Shown one piece after another: positions 13,106-24,337 of a stretch of 64,000 nt of DNA (positions within the stretch are counted from its first letter, which is position 1; every line of letters starts with the position of its first letter). Origin of the DNA: Squalus acanthias (lineage: Eukaryota); the NCBI GenBank assembly GCA_030390025.1, contig JASTWF010000034.1, positions 2,790,001 through 2,854,000 of the forward strand, in the 5' to 3' direction. The notes under the pieces were generated by a model. That model had not been told where the DNA came from. It did not search any database and saw only the letters and a list, made by a program, of their open reading frames with translations. The translations under genes and the position numbers were made by a program.

Positions 13106-13221
13106 GGGCCGAGAAATTTGTCTCAGGCGGTGGGTTAAACGAGCAATATCGGATCGGGCGCCCGTTTCACGCAGCGCCTGAGATTCAGTTCCACTGCAGT
13201 CAATGACGGATTTCTAGGCCT
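13106..13221. mobile_element. Short MITE-like element, probably PIF/Harbinger
   Basis: Imperfect terminal inverted repeats gggccgagaaatt / gatttctaggcct. Confidence 0.5.
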
Positions 13222-13454
13222 AGAGCTTCAATCCTTCACACTATTTTTCCAGCAAAGGTTTCTCCGTAACTCAGTGAAGCCTCTTCAGTGTCAAAGAACT
13301 AGTGTCAGTAATCCTGCACCATCAACACCACTGTGGTCCAAAAATCCATGGTCCCCTGTTTAAAAAAAAACTCCATTCTGGTTCTTAATTGTATAACATG
13401 TAATGAGCAGCTAAACAAGAGGGCAGAGCCACAGTCAGTGACACCGAAACATTC

Positions 13455-13728
13455 ACACAGGCTGCTTAAAGAGACAGGACCAGTCACACAGGCTGTTTAA
13501 ATAGACAGGACCAGTCACACGGGCTATTTGAAGGGACATAACCAGTCAGACAGGCTTTTTAAAGAGACAAGACCAGTCAGACAGGATTTTTAAAGAGACA
13601 GGACCAGTCAGACAGGCTTTTTAAAGAGACAGAACCAGTCACACAGGCTATTTGAAGAGACAGGATCAGTCAGACAGGTTTTTAAATAGACAGGACAAGT
13701 CACACAGGCTTTCAAAACAGAAAGGACA
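13455..13728. repeat. 31-bp minisatellite, about 9 copies
   Basis: Unit acacaggctgtttaaagagacaggaccagtc. Confidence 0.92.
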
Positions 13729-13744
13729 GGAAGCCTATCTTCTC

Positions 13745-15378
13745 AGTAAGGGGATAGAATCGGTGTCCTATGGGCCAATCACGGACGGCCCTTGAAGTGG
13801 CAACATTGTGCGCCTCCCTTCCACGTTGTTGCTGCTGATTCTCCTCTTCATCCTCCTCCTCCTCCTCTCCCTCCTCTCCCTCTTCTTCCTCCTCCTCTCC
13901 CTCTTCCTCCTCCTCCTCAGGTGGTGCACCAATCCCTGGTGGCAATGGTTGGGCCCCCATGATTGCAATGTTATGAAGCATGCAGCACACAACAATGAAG
14001 AGGGAGACACGCTCGAGAGAGTACTGCAGGACTCCTCCTGAGTGGTCCAAACACCGGAACCGTTGTTTCAAGACACCGATCGTGTGTTCAATGAGGTTCC
14101 TGGTGGAGCTATGGCTGTAATTGTATTGCAGCTCGGCAGGGGTGTTGGGGTTATGGAGCGGAGTCATCAGTCAGGTGCAGAGTGGGTAACCCTTGTCCCC
14201 GAGGAGCCATCCACTAGGTTTACACCGTGTTTGGAAGAGGTCTGCGACTCCGGTCTGGCACAGGATATAAGTATCGTGGTTGCTGCCATGATAGCGGGCA
14301 TTGACGGCAAGTATGAGCTGTCTGTGGTCACACACCAACTGGACATTCAGAGAGTGGGAGCCCTTTTGATTTCGGACTACCTCTGCATTCTCATGAGTTG
14401 CCCACATTGCCACATGCGTGCAGTCAAAGGCGCTCTGAATCATGGGGAAGCACATTCTCCTTGCAAAGCTGCGCATTCGCGTTGTTTGTCCTGGGTCATG
14501 GAGAAAGATGTACTGGCGTCTCCGCTTATACAAAGCCTTTGTCACCTTCCGGATGCAACAATGAACAGCGAACTGGGAGATATTCACTATTTCCCCAGTA
14601 GAAGCCTGAAAGGAACCGCTGACTTAGAAATTTAGATCCACTGTCACCTTCACTGCCACCGACAGAGACGTCCTGGTACTGAGCTGAGGCTGCAGATCTG
14701 ATTGCAGGAGATGGCAGAGCTCAGTGACAAATGATAAATCATTATAGGAGGAGAATTGCTCCCTGAATACCCTGGGAGGGTAAGGTCTCCTGTGCAGAGG
14801 CCTGTTGGCCCTCCTCCCTCTGGCAAGATATGCCACTCTCTCTCTGCGTCTCTGCTGCCTCCGAAGGTGAAGCTGGACGTCGAAGATGCCCCGAGTTAGT
14901 ACAGCCCCCATCGAAGCATCTATATATATCGTTAGAAGGTATGTGAAAAAGAAATGAACTCCAAAGTCGTGCTCCGGACCCAAAACTCTTTCGGTCAGCG
15001 TCGAATCTCTCCAGACGTCTGACTCCCTCTCAAAACATTTCGCAGACAAGAAAAGGCAGGAAGCGGCCGCCTTTAAATAGCGCTCCCTTCCCGACTTGAA
15101 AACATTTCCCTTTAATGTGTCATTCCTAGTGGCAGGCGCTAAGGCAGGAGGTGCGACTCAATATCCGGTCCAGGACGCTATCGGGGCATTGCATGCTCGC
15201 ATTAAGTCACGATCTGCGGGCTCAGGAGATTGTGGTGCTCGTCTTTTGCGCTAGCGCAAAACGACGTCAATTTCGCGAGCGGCGCTAAAATAGCCGCGCT
15301 CGGTTGCTCAGTATCGAGCGCCCCGTTAGTGCCTCCAAAGGCGCTGAAGGGCAGCGTTAACCAACCGACTTTCCACCC
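13745..15378 (-). mobile_element. PIF/Harbinger DNA transposon with decayed transposase (ATG near 14911); only one terminus visible
   Basis: SAFDCTHVA, KGSHSLNVQLVCD, GSNHD, LLGDKGYP, IEHTIGVLKQRFRCLD, CCMLHNIA across three frames; poly-Glu tail; terminus gggtggaaagt. Confidence 0.9.
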
Positions 15379-15611
15379 TCATGTTTATCTGTGTTTTCCA
15401 CTTTGTCGTTCCCCATAGCATCCGCGCTGCTGTCAGATATTGATTCTGAATGTGGTATTGTGTTACCAAGATTCAAATGTTCGAAATTCAACTCCAGCAA
15501 ATTTATTGGAGGTGACTTTTTATTCAACGAATTTCAGTCTGCTACCTACACTGAACATTTATATCAGATCAGAAGAATGCTGTCTTGGTTTAGGAGACTT
15601 TTCACCTAATG

Positions 15612-15743
15612 GTGAAAGGACATCGACCTGAAACGTTAACTCTGTTTCTCTCTCTCTCCACAGATGCTGCCTGACCCGCTGAGTATTTCCATCATTTTCT
15701 GTTTTCATTTCAGATTTCCAGTATCCGCAGTATTTTACTTTTG
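15612..15743 (+). mobile_element. Short Penelope-like terminal fragment with truncated hammerhead-like motif
   Basis: 13-bp target duplication ttttcacctaatg (15599-15611 and 15744-15756); homologous to 25712-25845 and 34190-34270. Confidence 0.7.
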
Positions 15744-17059
15744 TTTTCACCTAATGCTCGGTATGGTTACTTACAGAGTCACAGGAACAAATCCTGGCAG
15801 ATCACATCCACATCTTTAAATGTCTGAAATATCCGCTAATCATTCAGTTCCAGTCAATGTCTCCTTTCCCACCCTCTCCAGTTCTGCATTATTGGCACTG
15901 CTTCTGATGGTTAAAGTAGGATTACAAGGATAATTTGCATTCTCACAAAACGTTCATTCAGCCAGATTTCAAAACATTTCTAGCTGATCCATGTTTTGAA
16001 TTTGCAATTGGATCCCATGCCCGTCTGTCACAGTACAGTGGATCTGTCAGTGAGACCCAGAGTGATTCTCTATTGCCTCCTGCTGTACTTCAGGATAAAC
16101 AATCCCAGCTGATTGTAACTGAAGTACTGAGGATAAGAAAATTCTTTGATATCTTCTCGTCCAATATTCTCTGCACATTTTGGAAGCAACATGTGAAAAA
16201 GTACAAGGATAAATCTCTTCCATTTGTGTTCAGATACTTTACAACAGCATTCGGCGGCACTTTGCCTGTGGGTTAAGTCGTCTGATTTCGATGCTGATAA
16301 ATCCATTTAGTGGGACATTACCTGGTCAATCATCACTATTTACTTTAATTCAGAATCCATTATTTGCAATGTTACTTGGCAAATCTTCCTTTCAATGAGG
16401 TAGAATTTGTGTATTTCAACAAAAATGCAGAAAACTCAATCTTCAAAACATATCTGATAGCCCAGTTATCTTTATAACTGCAGTGCACTTGTATTTATTA
16501 TCTTAGCATTGTCGTATTACATCCGTACATTTTACATACAATTGCCTATAATTATTGCATGCCAAGGTCGCAGTTTCTGTATTTTGCTGTTGCATTCATT
16601 TTCAGTTCTAAATAGAATTGATATTCTAACCAAGAGCAGGAAACCAAGCGGGATTTCCCCCTCATTAACATAGTTGCGCAGAAGCGAACTGCACCGCTCC
16701 AAATGCTGACTGATCCCGGGACACGAAGGCTTCCTGACAGGGTCTGGTCCTTTGTGTCCCTGGTACCTCGGGCGGTGCTTTTGTCTGCTGGGCTAAATTT
16801 AGATCGATCATTTAATCTCTCCTTGATCAAACATCTGTTACTTTCATATTGTATGTATTCCCATTTCATTTGTTGATTCCACAATGTATTCCCGATTATT
16901 CTTACAATAAGCCCTGTATTCTGCTCCACAGGTAATAGGATTAGATTATATCGTTGAATGTCGCTCGTGAGTTGCAGATTTCACCCCGAATTCCATCAAA
17001 CTGCTGCTTTTGCTCCCAGCCTGATGAACAATTTCCCTGTTTATTTCCCTTCCTCACAG

Positions 17060-17925
17060 TTAACTTAGTGACGATTGTGATCCTGTCTCGGGGAAAGTGC
17101 GGTCTCTCCAAATGTGTCACTCGCTACCTGGTGGCCATGGCAACGGCGGATCTACTGGTCGTTATCCTCGACCTGATATTGAGACACATTCCGATTGTTT
17201 ATAGTGAACAGTATTATTTCGTGCAGTCCATCCCCGTGTGTAATATTCACGCCGACCTGCTGTTCGCAGCCACAGACTGTTCTGTCTGGTTCACCGTCAC
17301 TTTCACCTTTGATAGATTTGCGGCCATTTGTTGCCAGAAGCTGAAAACTAAATATTGCACCGAGAAAACGGCGGCTGTGTTTCTGGGAACAGTGACTGTG
17401 CTGAGCAGTTTAAAGGACATCACCTGGTATTTTATGTTTACAGATCAGTATATGCTTGGGAACGAGCCCTGGTTTTGTGATGTCACAGAGGGTGTTACAA
17501 AGTCACGGGTCTGGGGACCAATTGAGCTCCTTCATTATATTCTCACCCCGTGTGTCCCATTTGTGGTGATTCTGCTGCTCAATGCTGTCACCGTCAGACA
17601 CATTTTAGTGTCCAGCAGAGCCCGCAGGAGACTCCGGGGTCCCAGCAGTGGGGAGAGTCCCAGAGACCCAGAGATGGAGAGCCGCCGGAAATCCATCATT
17701 TTACTGCTTGTTATCTCCGGCAATTTCATCCTGTTATGGGCAGTGTTTATGGTGTTTTCTATATGTACCCGGATGTGGTATTTGGGGTATCAGTCTGTAT
17801 ATCTACCGTATTATGTAATGGAACTGGGATTCATGCTGCAGCTGCTGAGTTGCTGCACAAACACTGGGATTTATGCCGTGACCCAGACTAAGTTTAGACA
17901 GCAGTTGAAGAATATGGGGAAATAG
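17060..17925 (+). CDS. Exon 2 of a GPR139-like class A GPCR (end of TM1 to TM7 and helix 8)
   Basis: Acceptor ttcccttcctcacAG|TT (phase 1); NLVTIVILSRGKCGLS, MATADLL, FTFDRF, PCVPF, TM7 CTNTGIY; open for 288 codons. Confidence 0.88.
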
Positions 17926-18014
17926 CCCTTTACTCTGATTGTAAAATTAATTAAAGGTTGAGAAGAAGCAGAGACATTGCAGCCTGAGTGTTGACAGTTC
18001 CCTGGGCCTGAAAT

Positions 18015-19250
18015 TGTGGAGCCCAACACAAAGATGGCGGCTCTGGGTCCCGCACAAATGGCGGATCCTTGGCCCAGCACAAATATGGCGGCTATGGGTC
18101 TCGCACAAAGATGGAGGCTCCCGGGCACCGCACAGAAATGGCGGCTCTGGTGCCCCGCACAAAGATGGCGTCTCAGGGGCCCCGCACAAAAATGGCGGCA
18201 CTGGGGCCCAGCACAAAGATGGCGTCTCCGGGGCCCTGCACAAAGATAGCGGCTCTGGTTCCCGCACGAAAATGGCGGCTTTGGGGCCCCGCACATAAAG
18301 GGCTCCTCTGGGGCCGCGCACAAAGATGGCGGCTCTGCGGCACCGCACAAAAATGGCGGCTCTGGGGCTTTTCACAAAGATGGCGGCTCTGGGGCCACGC
18401 ACAAAAATGGCGGCACTGGGGCCCAGCACAAAGATGGCGGCTCCGGGGCCCTGCACAAAGCTCGCGGCTATGGTTCCCGCACGAAAATGGCGGCTCTGGG
18501 GCCCCGCACAAAGATGGCTTCTCTGGGGCCGCGCACAAAGATGGCGGCTCTGCGGCACCGCACAAAAATGGCGGCTCTGGGGCTCAGCACAAAGATGGCG
18601 GCTCTGGTGCAAAGCACAACGATGGCGGCTCTGTATCCACGCGCAAAAATGTTGGCTCTTTGGGCCCCGCACAATGATGGCGGCTCCGGGGCCCAGCACA
18701 TGGATGGCGGATCCGGGAAACAGCACAAAGATGGCGGCTCCGGGGCCCAGCACAACGATGGCGGCTCCGGGGCGCAGCACACAGATGGCGGCTCTGGTTA
18801 CCGCAGAAAAATGGCGGCTCTGGGGCCCCGCACAAAGATGGCGGCTCTGGGGCCCGCACAAAGTTGGCAGCTGTAGGTCCCAGCACAAAGGTGGCGGCAC
18901 CCGCGCCCTGCACAAAGAGGGCGGCTCTGGGGCCCCGCAAAAAGGTGGCAGCACACGCGCCCCGCAGAAAAATGGCGGCACTGATGCCCCGCGCAATGAT
19001 GACGGCTCTCACCCCTCTCCGTGCCCAGCACAAAGATGGCGCCACTAAGGCCCAGCACAAAAATGGCGGCTCCTGCGCCTGACTGAAACATGGCGGCTCT
19101 GGAGCAACGCACAAAGATGGCGGCTCCGGGGCCCAGCACAAAGATGGCGGCACTGGGGCCCCGCACAAAGATGGCGGCTCTGGTGCCCCGCACAATGATG
19201 GCGGATCTGGGTCCCGCACAAAGATGGCTGCTCTGGGGCCCAGCACAAGG
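18015..19250. repeat. GC-rich 27-bp minisatellite, roughly 45 copies
   Basis: Unit gcacaaagatggcggctctggggcccc; 9-aa periodicity in the ORF track. Confidence 0.95.
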
Positions 19251-19570
19251 ATTGCGGCAGTCGCTCGGGGTCTTTCCCTGGCGGCGGGAGGCGAGTGTCT
19301 GGATGGCGGGAGCAGTTGGAGTCCCGGTTACTGTGAGAGCGGGCGGCGAGGCGTAGCAGGCTGGCCCGGCACGGCCCACAGGACCCCGAGCAGCCCAGCC
19401 CGGGGAGGAGATGGCCCAGCACCAGGACTTTATTAGTCATTATAACACTTTAAAATCATTGCACCACTTTACAGATCTTTTATAACCCTTTATAAATCAT
19501 TATGACCATTAATGAAACATTATGACGCTTTTTCAATCAATATGACACTTGATAAATAATTTTATAACTA

Positions 19571-19979
19571 ATTCTTGGGATGTATGCACCGCTGACAATG
19601 CCAGCATTATTGCCCATCCCTAATTGCCCTTGAGCAGGTGGTGGTGAGCCGCCTGATACAAGCGAGTGTCTTGATGGGCCATTTCAGAGGCCAGTTAAGA
19701 GTCAACTACATTGCAGTGGGTCTGGAGTCACATTTCAGCCAAAACAGGTAAGGGGGGCATATTTCCTTCCCGAAAGGCCATTAGTGAAGCAAATGGGTTT
19801 TTACGACATTCCGGTACTTTCATAGTCACCATTATTGACACAAGCATTTTATTCCAGATTTGTTTAATTAATTGAATTTAAATTCCCCCAGCTTCTGGGA
19901 TTTGAATACATGTCCCTGGATCATCTATCCAGTCATCTGGTTTAATATTCAGCAACATAACCACTATGCTACAGTACCC
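19571..19979 (-). mobile_element. tRNA-derived SINE with LINE-derived 3' tail
   Basis: Minus-strand A box TAGCATAGTGG (19961-19971) and decayed B box TATTCAAATCCC; tail matches 12260-12330. Confidence 0.7.
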
Positions 19980-19984
19980 TTCAA

Positions 19985-20180
19985 AAATATCACCGTTCTT
20001 TCATCGTCACTGGTTCAAAAGTCTGAAATTCCTTCCACAAATGTATTGTGGGAGCACCATCACCACGCGGACTGCAGCGGCTCAAGATGAAGGCCCACCA
20101 TTTTCTCATGGGTAACTAGGGATGGGCAAGTGACACCGGCCTTGACAGTGCCACCCCTAGCCTGAGAACAAATACATAGA
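19985..20180 (+). mobile_element. 3' fragment of the LINE family at 11043-12354
   Basis: Similar to 12150-12330 (ggactgcagcggctcaag...gggatgggcaa). Confidence 0.65.
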
Positions 20181-21537
20181 AATAATAAAATAGGATTAAA
20201 ATCAATGATTTTATAATTCATTGATTGAAACCAGATGAGGCCTGTGATCAGAGCGGGACTTCAAGTACGCTAAACAAATTGTCAACAACACTTGGATCTC
20301 CAATTCTGTCGTTGTATGATTGATATTACTCACACTGTACCAATTTCCCAATCATTACAAAATGTGCTGGATAAAGTATCAGATATTACCAAAATTGAAG
20401 TCCATGGGATTAAAGTGGCAGTGATAACAGGGAGTGGTGTGGGGTGTATCAGTATGTAAGAGAGAATTACATTGAGGGGTGTATCAGAGTGTTACAATGA
20501 GAGGGATGGTGTATATCAGAGTGTTACAATGAGGGGTGTGGGGTTTATCAGCGTGTTGTAGTGAGGTGTGTGGGATATATCAGAGAGTTACACTGAGTCA
20601 TGTGGGGTATATGAGAGTGTTAATGTGAAGGGGGTGGGATATATCAGTGTATTACAGTGAGAGGTGACGGCTAAATCACAGTTTTACAGCGAGGGGTGTG
20701 GGGTATATCAGAGTGTTAAAGTGAGGTGAGTGGGGTATATCGGTCTGTTACAGTGAGAGGTTTGAAATATGTAAGAGAGGATTAAAGCAAGGGGTATATC
20801 AGAGTGGTACAGAGAGGTGTGTGAGGTATATCAGTGTGTTACTGTAAGGGATGTGTGGGGTATATCAGAGTGTTATAGTCAGGGGCGTGGGTTTATATCA
20901 GAGTGTTACAGTGAGGGGTGTTGGGTATATCGATATTTACAGTGAAGGGTGTGTGGGGTATATCAGAGTGTTGTAGTCAGGGGAGTGGGTTTACATCAAA
21001 GTGCTACAGTGAGGGATGTGGGGTACATCAGAGTAATACAATGAGCGGTGTTGGGTATCTCAGAGTGTTACAGTGGGATGTGTGGTGTATAACAGAGTGT
21101 TACAGTGAGGGGTGTGGTGTATATCAGAGTGTTACAGTGAGAGGTGTGGTGTATAACAGAGTGTTACAGTGAGAGGTTTTGGGTATATCAGAGTGTTACA
21201 GTGAGAGGTGTGGTGTATAACAGAGTGTTACAATCAGGGGTGTGGGTTTATATGAGTGTTTTACATTGTAGGGTGTCGGGTATGTCAGAGTGTTACAGCG
21301 AGGGGTATGGAGTATATCAGAGAGTGTTACAGTGAGGGGCGTGACGTAAAATGGTGCGTTACAGTGAGCGGTGTTGGGTATATCACAGTTTTACAGTGAG
21401 GGGTATGGAGTATATCAGAGAGTGTTACAGTGAGGGGTGTGGAGTATATCAGAGTGTTACAGCGAGGGGTATGGAGTATATCAGAGAGAGTTACAGTGAG
21501 GGGCCTGGGGTAAAACGGTGTGTTACAGTGAGAGGTT

Positions 21538-22380
21538 TAAGAACATAAGAACGTATGAAATAGGAGCAGGAGTAGGCCATCCGGCCCCTTGAGCCTGCTC
21601 CGCCTTTCAATGACATCATGGCTGATTTTCTGCCTCAATTCCTTTCACCGGACTTATCGCGATATCCCTTGATGCCTTTACTAGTCAGAAACTTATCGAA
21701 ATCTGATTTGAATATACCCAATGACTGAGCCTCCACGGCCGTCTGGGGTAGAGAATTCCAAAGATTCACCACCCTCTTTGTGAAGAAATGTCTTTATTAG
21801 AGTTAAATATATTTCTTAAGGCTAAAGGGATCAAGGGATATGGGGCGAAAACAGGGACAGGGTACTGAATTTGGATGATCAGCCATGATCGCATTAAATG
21901 GCGGAGCAGGCTCGAGGGGCCGAATGGCCGAGTCATGCTCCTATCTTCTATGTTTCTATATTTCTATGCTTCTCATCTCAGTCCTGAATGGCCTACCCTT
22001 TATTTTGAGGCTGTGGCCCCTGGTTCAAGACTCCTCAGCCAAGGGAAACATTCTCCCAGCTTCCAAACTATCAAGCCCTGTAATAAGTTGTTATGCTTCA
22101 ATGAGATCCCCACTCATTCTTTTGAATTCAAGGGAATACAGGCCTAGTTTACACATTCTCTTCTCACACCACAGTCGCGCCTTCGCAGGAATCAATCTCG
22201 TGAACCGTCGTTGCACTCGCTCGATGGCAAGTATATCCTTCCTTAGGTAAGTAGACCAAAATTGTTAACAGTACTCCAGGTGTGATCTCACCAAGGCCGT
22301 ATATAAATTGAGTAAGACATCTTTACTCCTGTACTCAAATCCTCTTGTAATGAAGGCCAGCATACCATTTGCCTTCCTTG
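21538..22380 (-). mobile_element. CR1 3' fragment containing a short plus-strand CR1 tail (21794-21968)
   Basis: Reverse tail aagaacataagaac; nested piece ends ctatgtttctatatttctatg. Confidence 0.85.
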
Positions 22381-23220
22381 GGGTGTGATAGAGATTGTTA
22401 CAATCAGGAGTGTGAGGTATAACGGAGTGTTACAGTGAGGGGTGTGGTTTATATCAGAGTGTTATAGTGAGGGGTGTGTGGTATATCAGATTATTATACT
22501 GATGGGTGTGGGGTACATCAGAATGTTACAGTGAGGGTGTGGGGTATATCAGAGAGTTACAGTGAGTCGTGCGGGGTATATCAGTGTGTTATAGTGAGGG
22601 GTGTGGGGTTTATCAGCGTGTTGTAGTGAGATGTGTGGGGTATATCAGATAGTTACAGTGAGTAGTGTGAGATATATCACAGTGGTACAGTGAGGGGTAT
22701 GGGGTATAACAGAGTGTTACATTGATGGTTGTTGGGTCTATCAGAGTGTTACAGTGAGCAGTGTGGGTTATATCAGAGTGTTACAGTGAGGGGTGTGGAA
22801 TTTATCAGAGTTTCACAGGTAGGGGTGTGATGTATATCAGTGGGTAACAGTGAGGGTTGTGGGGTATATCAGAGTGTTACAGTGAGAGGTGTGGTGTTTA
22901 TCAGCACGTTGCAGTGAGGTGTGTGGTGTATCTCAGAGTGTCATAGGTAGGGGTGTGAGGTATATCAGAGTGTTACAGTGAGGGGTGTGGGGTTTATCAG
23001 CGTCTTGCAGTGAGGTGTGTGGGGTATATCAGAGTGTCACAGGTAGGGGTGTGAGGTATATCACAGTGTTACAGTGAGGGGTGTGGTGTATATCACAGTG
23101 TTACAGTGAGGGGTGTAGTTTATATCGGTGTGTTGCAGTGAGGGGTGTGAGGTATATCAGTGTTACAGTGAGGGGTGTGGGGTATATCAGAGTGTTGCAG
23201 TGAGAGGTGTGTGGTTTATC

Positions 23221-24337
23221 TGTGAAGGAATAAGCCATATAACCTATTCAGGAAAATACACCATTCTCTAAAAGAACTCTGGCCTTATTAAAATATGACA
23301 AACTGGGTCTGGAAATCTAGAAACCTAACTATGAAAAAGCTGTGAAAGCATTCTGACTTTAGAGATAAGATGGTTGTTGACACTCAATCTATAACCTTAT
23401 CGAAACAGAAGGTTAAAGGCTCCGGTAGGCTGGCCTTTTGGAACAAGACAATGGTTCACCCTGGTTAAGGTGTTCTAATTTACACTTCGTAAAGAAGCAC
23501 AAACATCTGCCTTCGTAAAAATGACATCAAGTAATACACACCTGCCGTTACACCGTTTTTATGGTAAATTTAGAACACTTAGAGAAGAGACATAATTCTG
23601 TAATGTTACCAGCTGTAGTGACTGTAAGAATTGCAGTGGTCAGCTGAAAAATGACCAGAGATGATTAGCTTACATCAGCAGAAAACCTTAAAGGAAATAC
23701 CACTGGAAAAGAGTATAAATATTGAACTCTCAAATGGGATATTATACACGCTTTAAAGGGGCAAGGTAATTCTTGGCTTCAGAGGCGACTCTGTATGTCT
23801 TCAACTCTTTGTACCTCTGGTATCAAAGGTATTTGATTTTGGTGGATATCCTGTAGAAAACTAAGAACTGTAAAACTGTAGCGAAGTTAAGATTTGAAAG
23901 TAAGGTTCTCTGATAGAATTGTAAGCTTTCTCTTTTTGGAAATGTTGTTGTTGCGATTGACTCTCCAACTGTAAATTACATGTCGGTTCTTTAATAAATC
24001 TATATAGTTTTAGAATTGTCTCACATAAGACTTCTGTATCAAACTCGCGAACTCAATCTCTGTACACTCTTTGGTGAGGAGTTGCAGAATTCTGGGGAGT
24101 TTTCTGGACGGTCATAATATCCGGAACGTTACAGTCTAGCTAAACTTATTAAAAGTGCTATCTGGAGGACGGTAACATGTTTTGGTTGTTCCTTTCCTTT
24201 AAGCAGAGATAGTCCGGACCTTTAGACCGAATTAAGCATCTTTAGGATTCGGCTACCTCAAAGTTTAGTTGAAAGTGAACGTCTGAAGAATATGCCTGAT
24301 CCGGGGTAGCCCTAAAGGGGTTAGGACTAGTAATTCA
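23221..24337 (+). mobile_element. Solo LTR, 1117 bp
   Basis: TGTGAA...TTCA termini; 4-bp TSD tatc (23217-23220 and 24338-24341); TATAAA near 23715; AATAAA near 23993. Confidence 0.85.

Noticed and set aside
13745..14911. Domesticated host gene HARBI1
   Set aside because: Frameshifts, deletions, a transposon terminus and a related non-autonomous copy indicate a dead transposon
16875..16931. Possible plus-strand exon 1 ending CAG|GTAATA
   Set aside because: The phase-1 frame has an upstream stop, no ATG and no YYP..A..GVP motif
16954..17059. ORF-track N-terminus of the GPCR
   Set aside because: Non-ATG start; the segment ends in a polypyrimidine tract and AG acceptor, so it is intronic
17871..19440. 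Many long overlapping ORFs (up to 349 aa)
   Set aside because: By-products of a stop-poor 27-bp GC-rich repeat that is open in several frames
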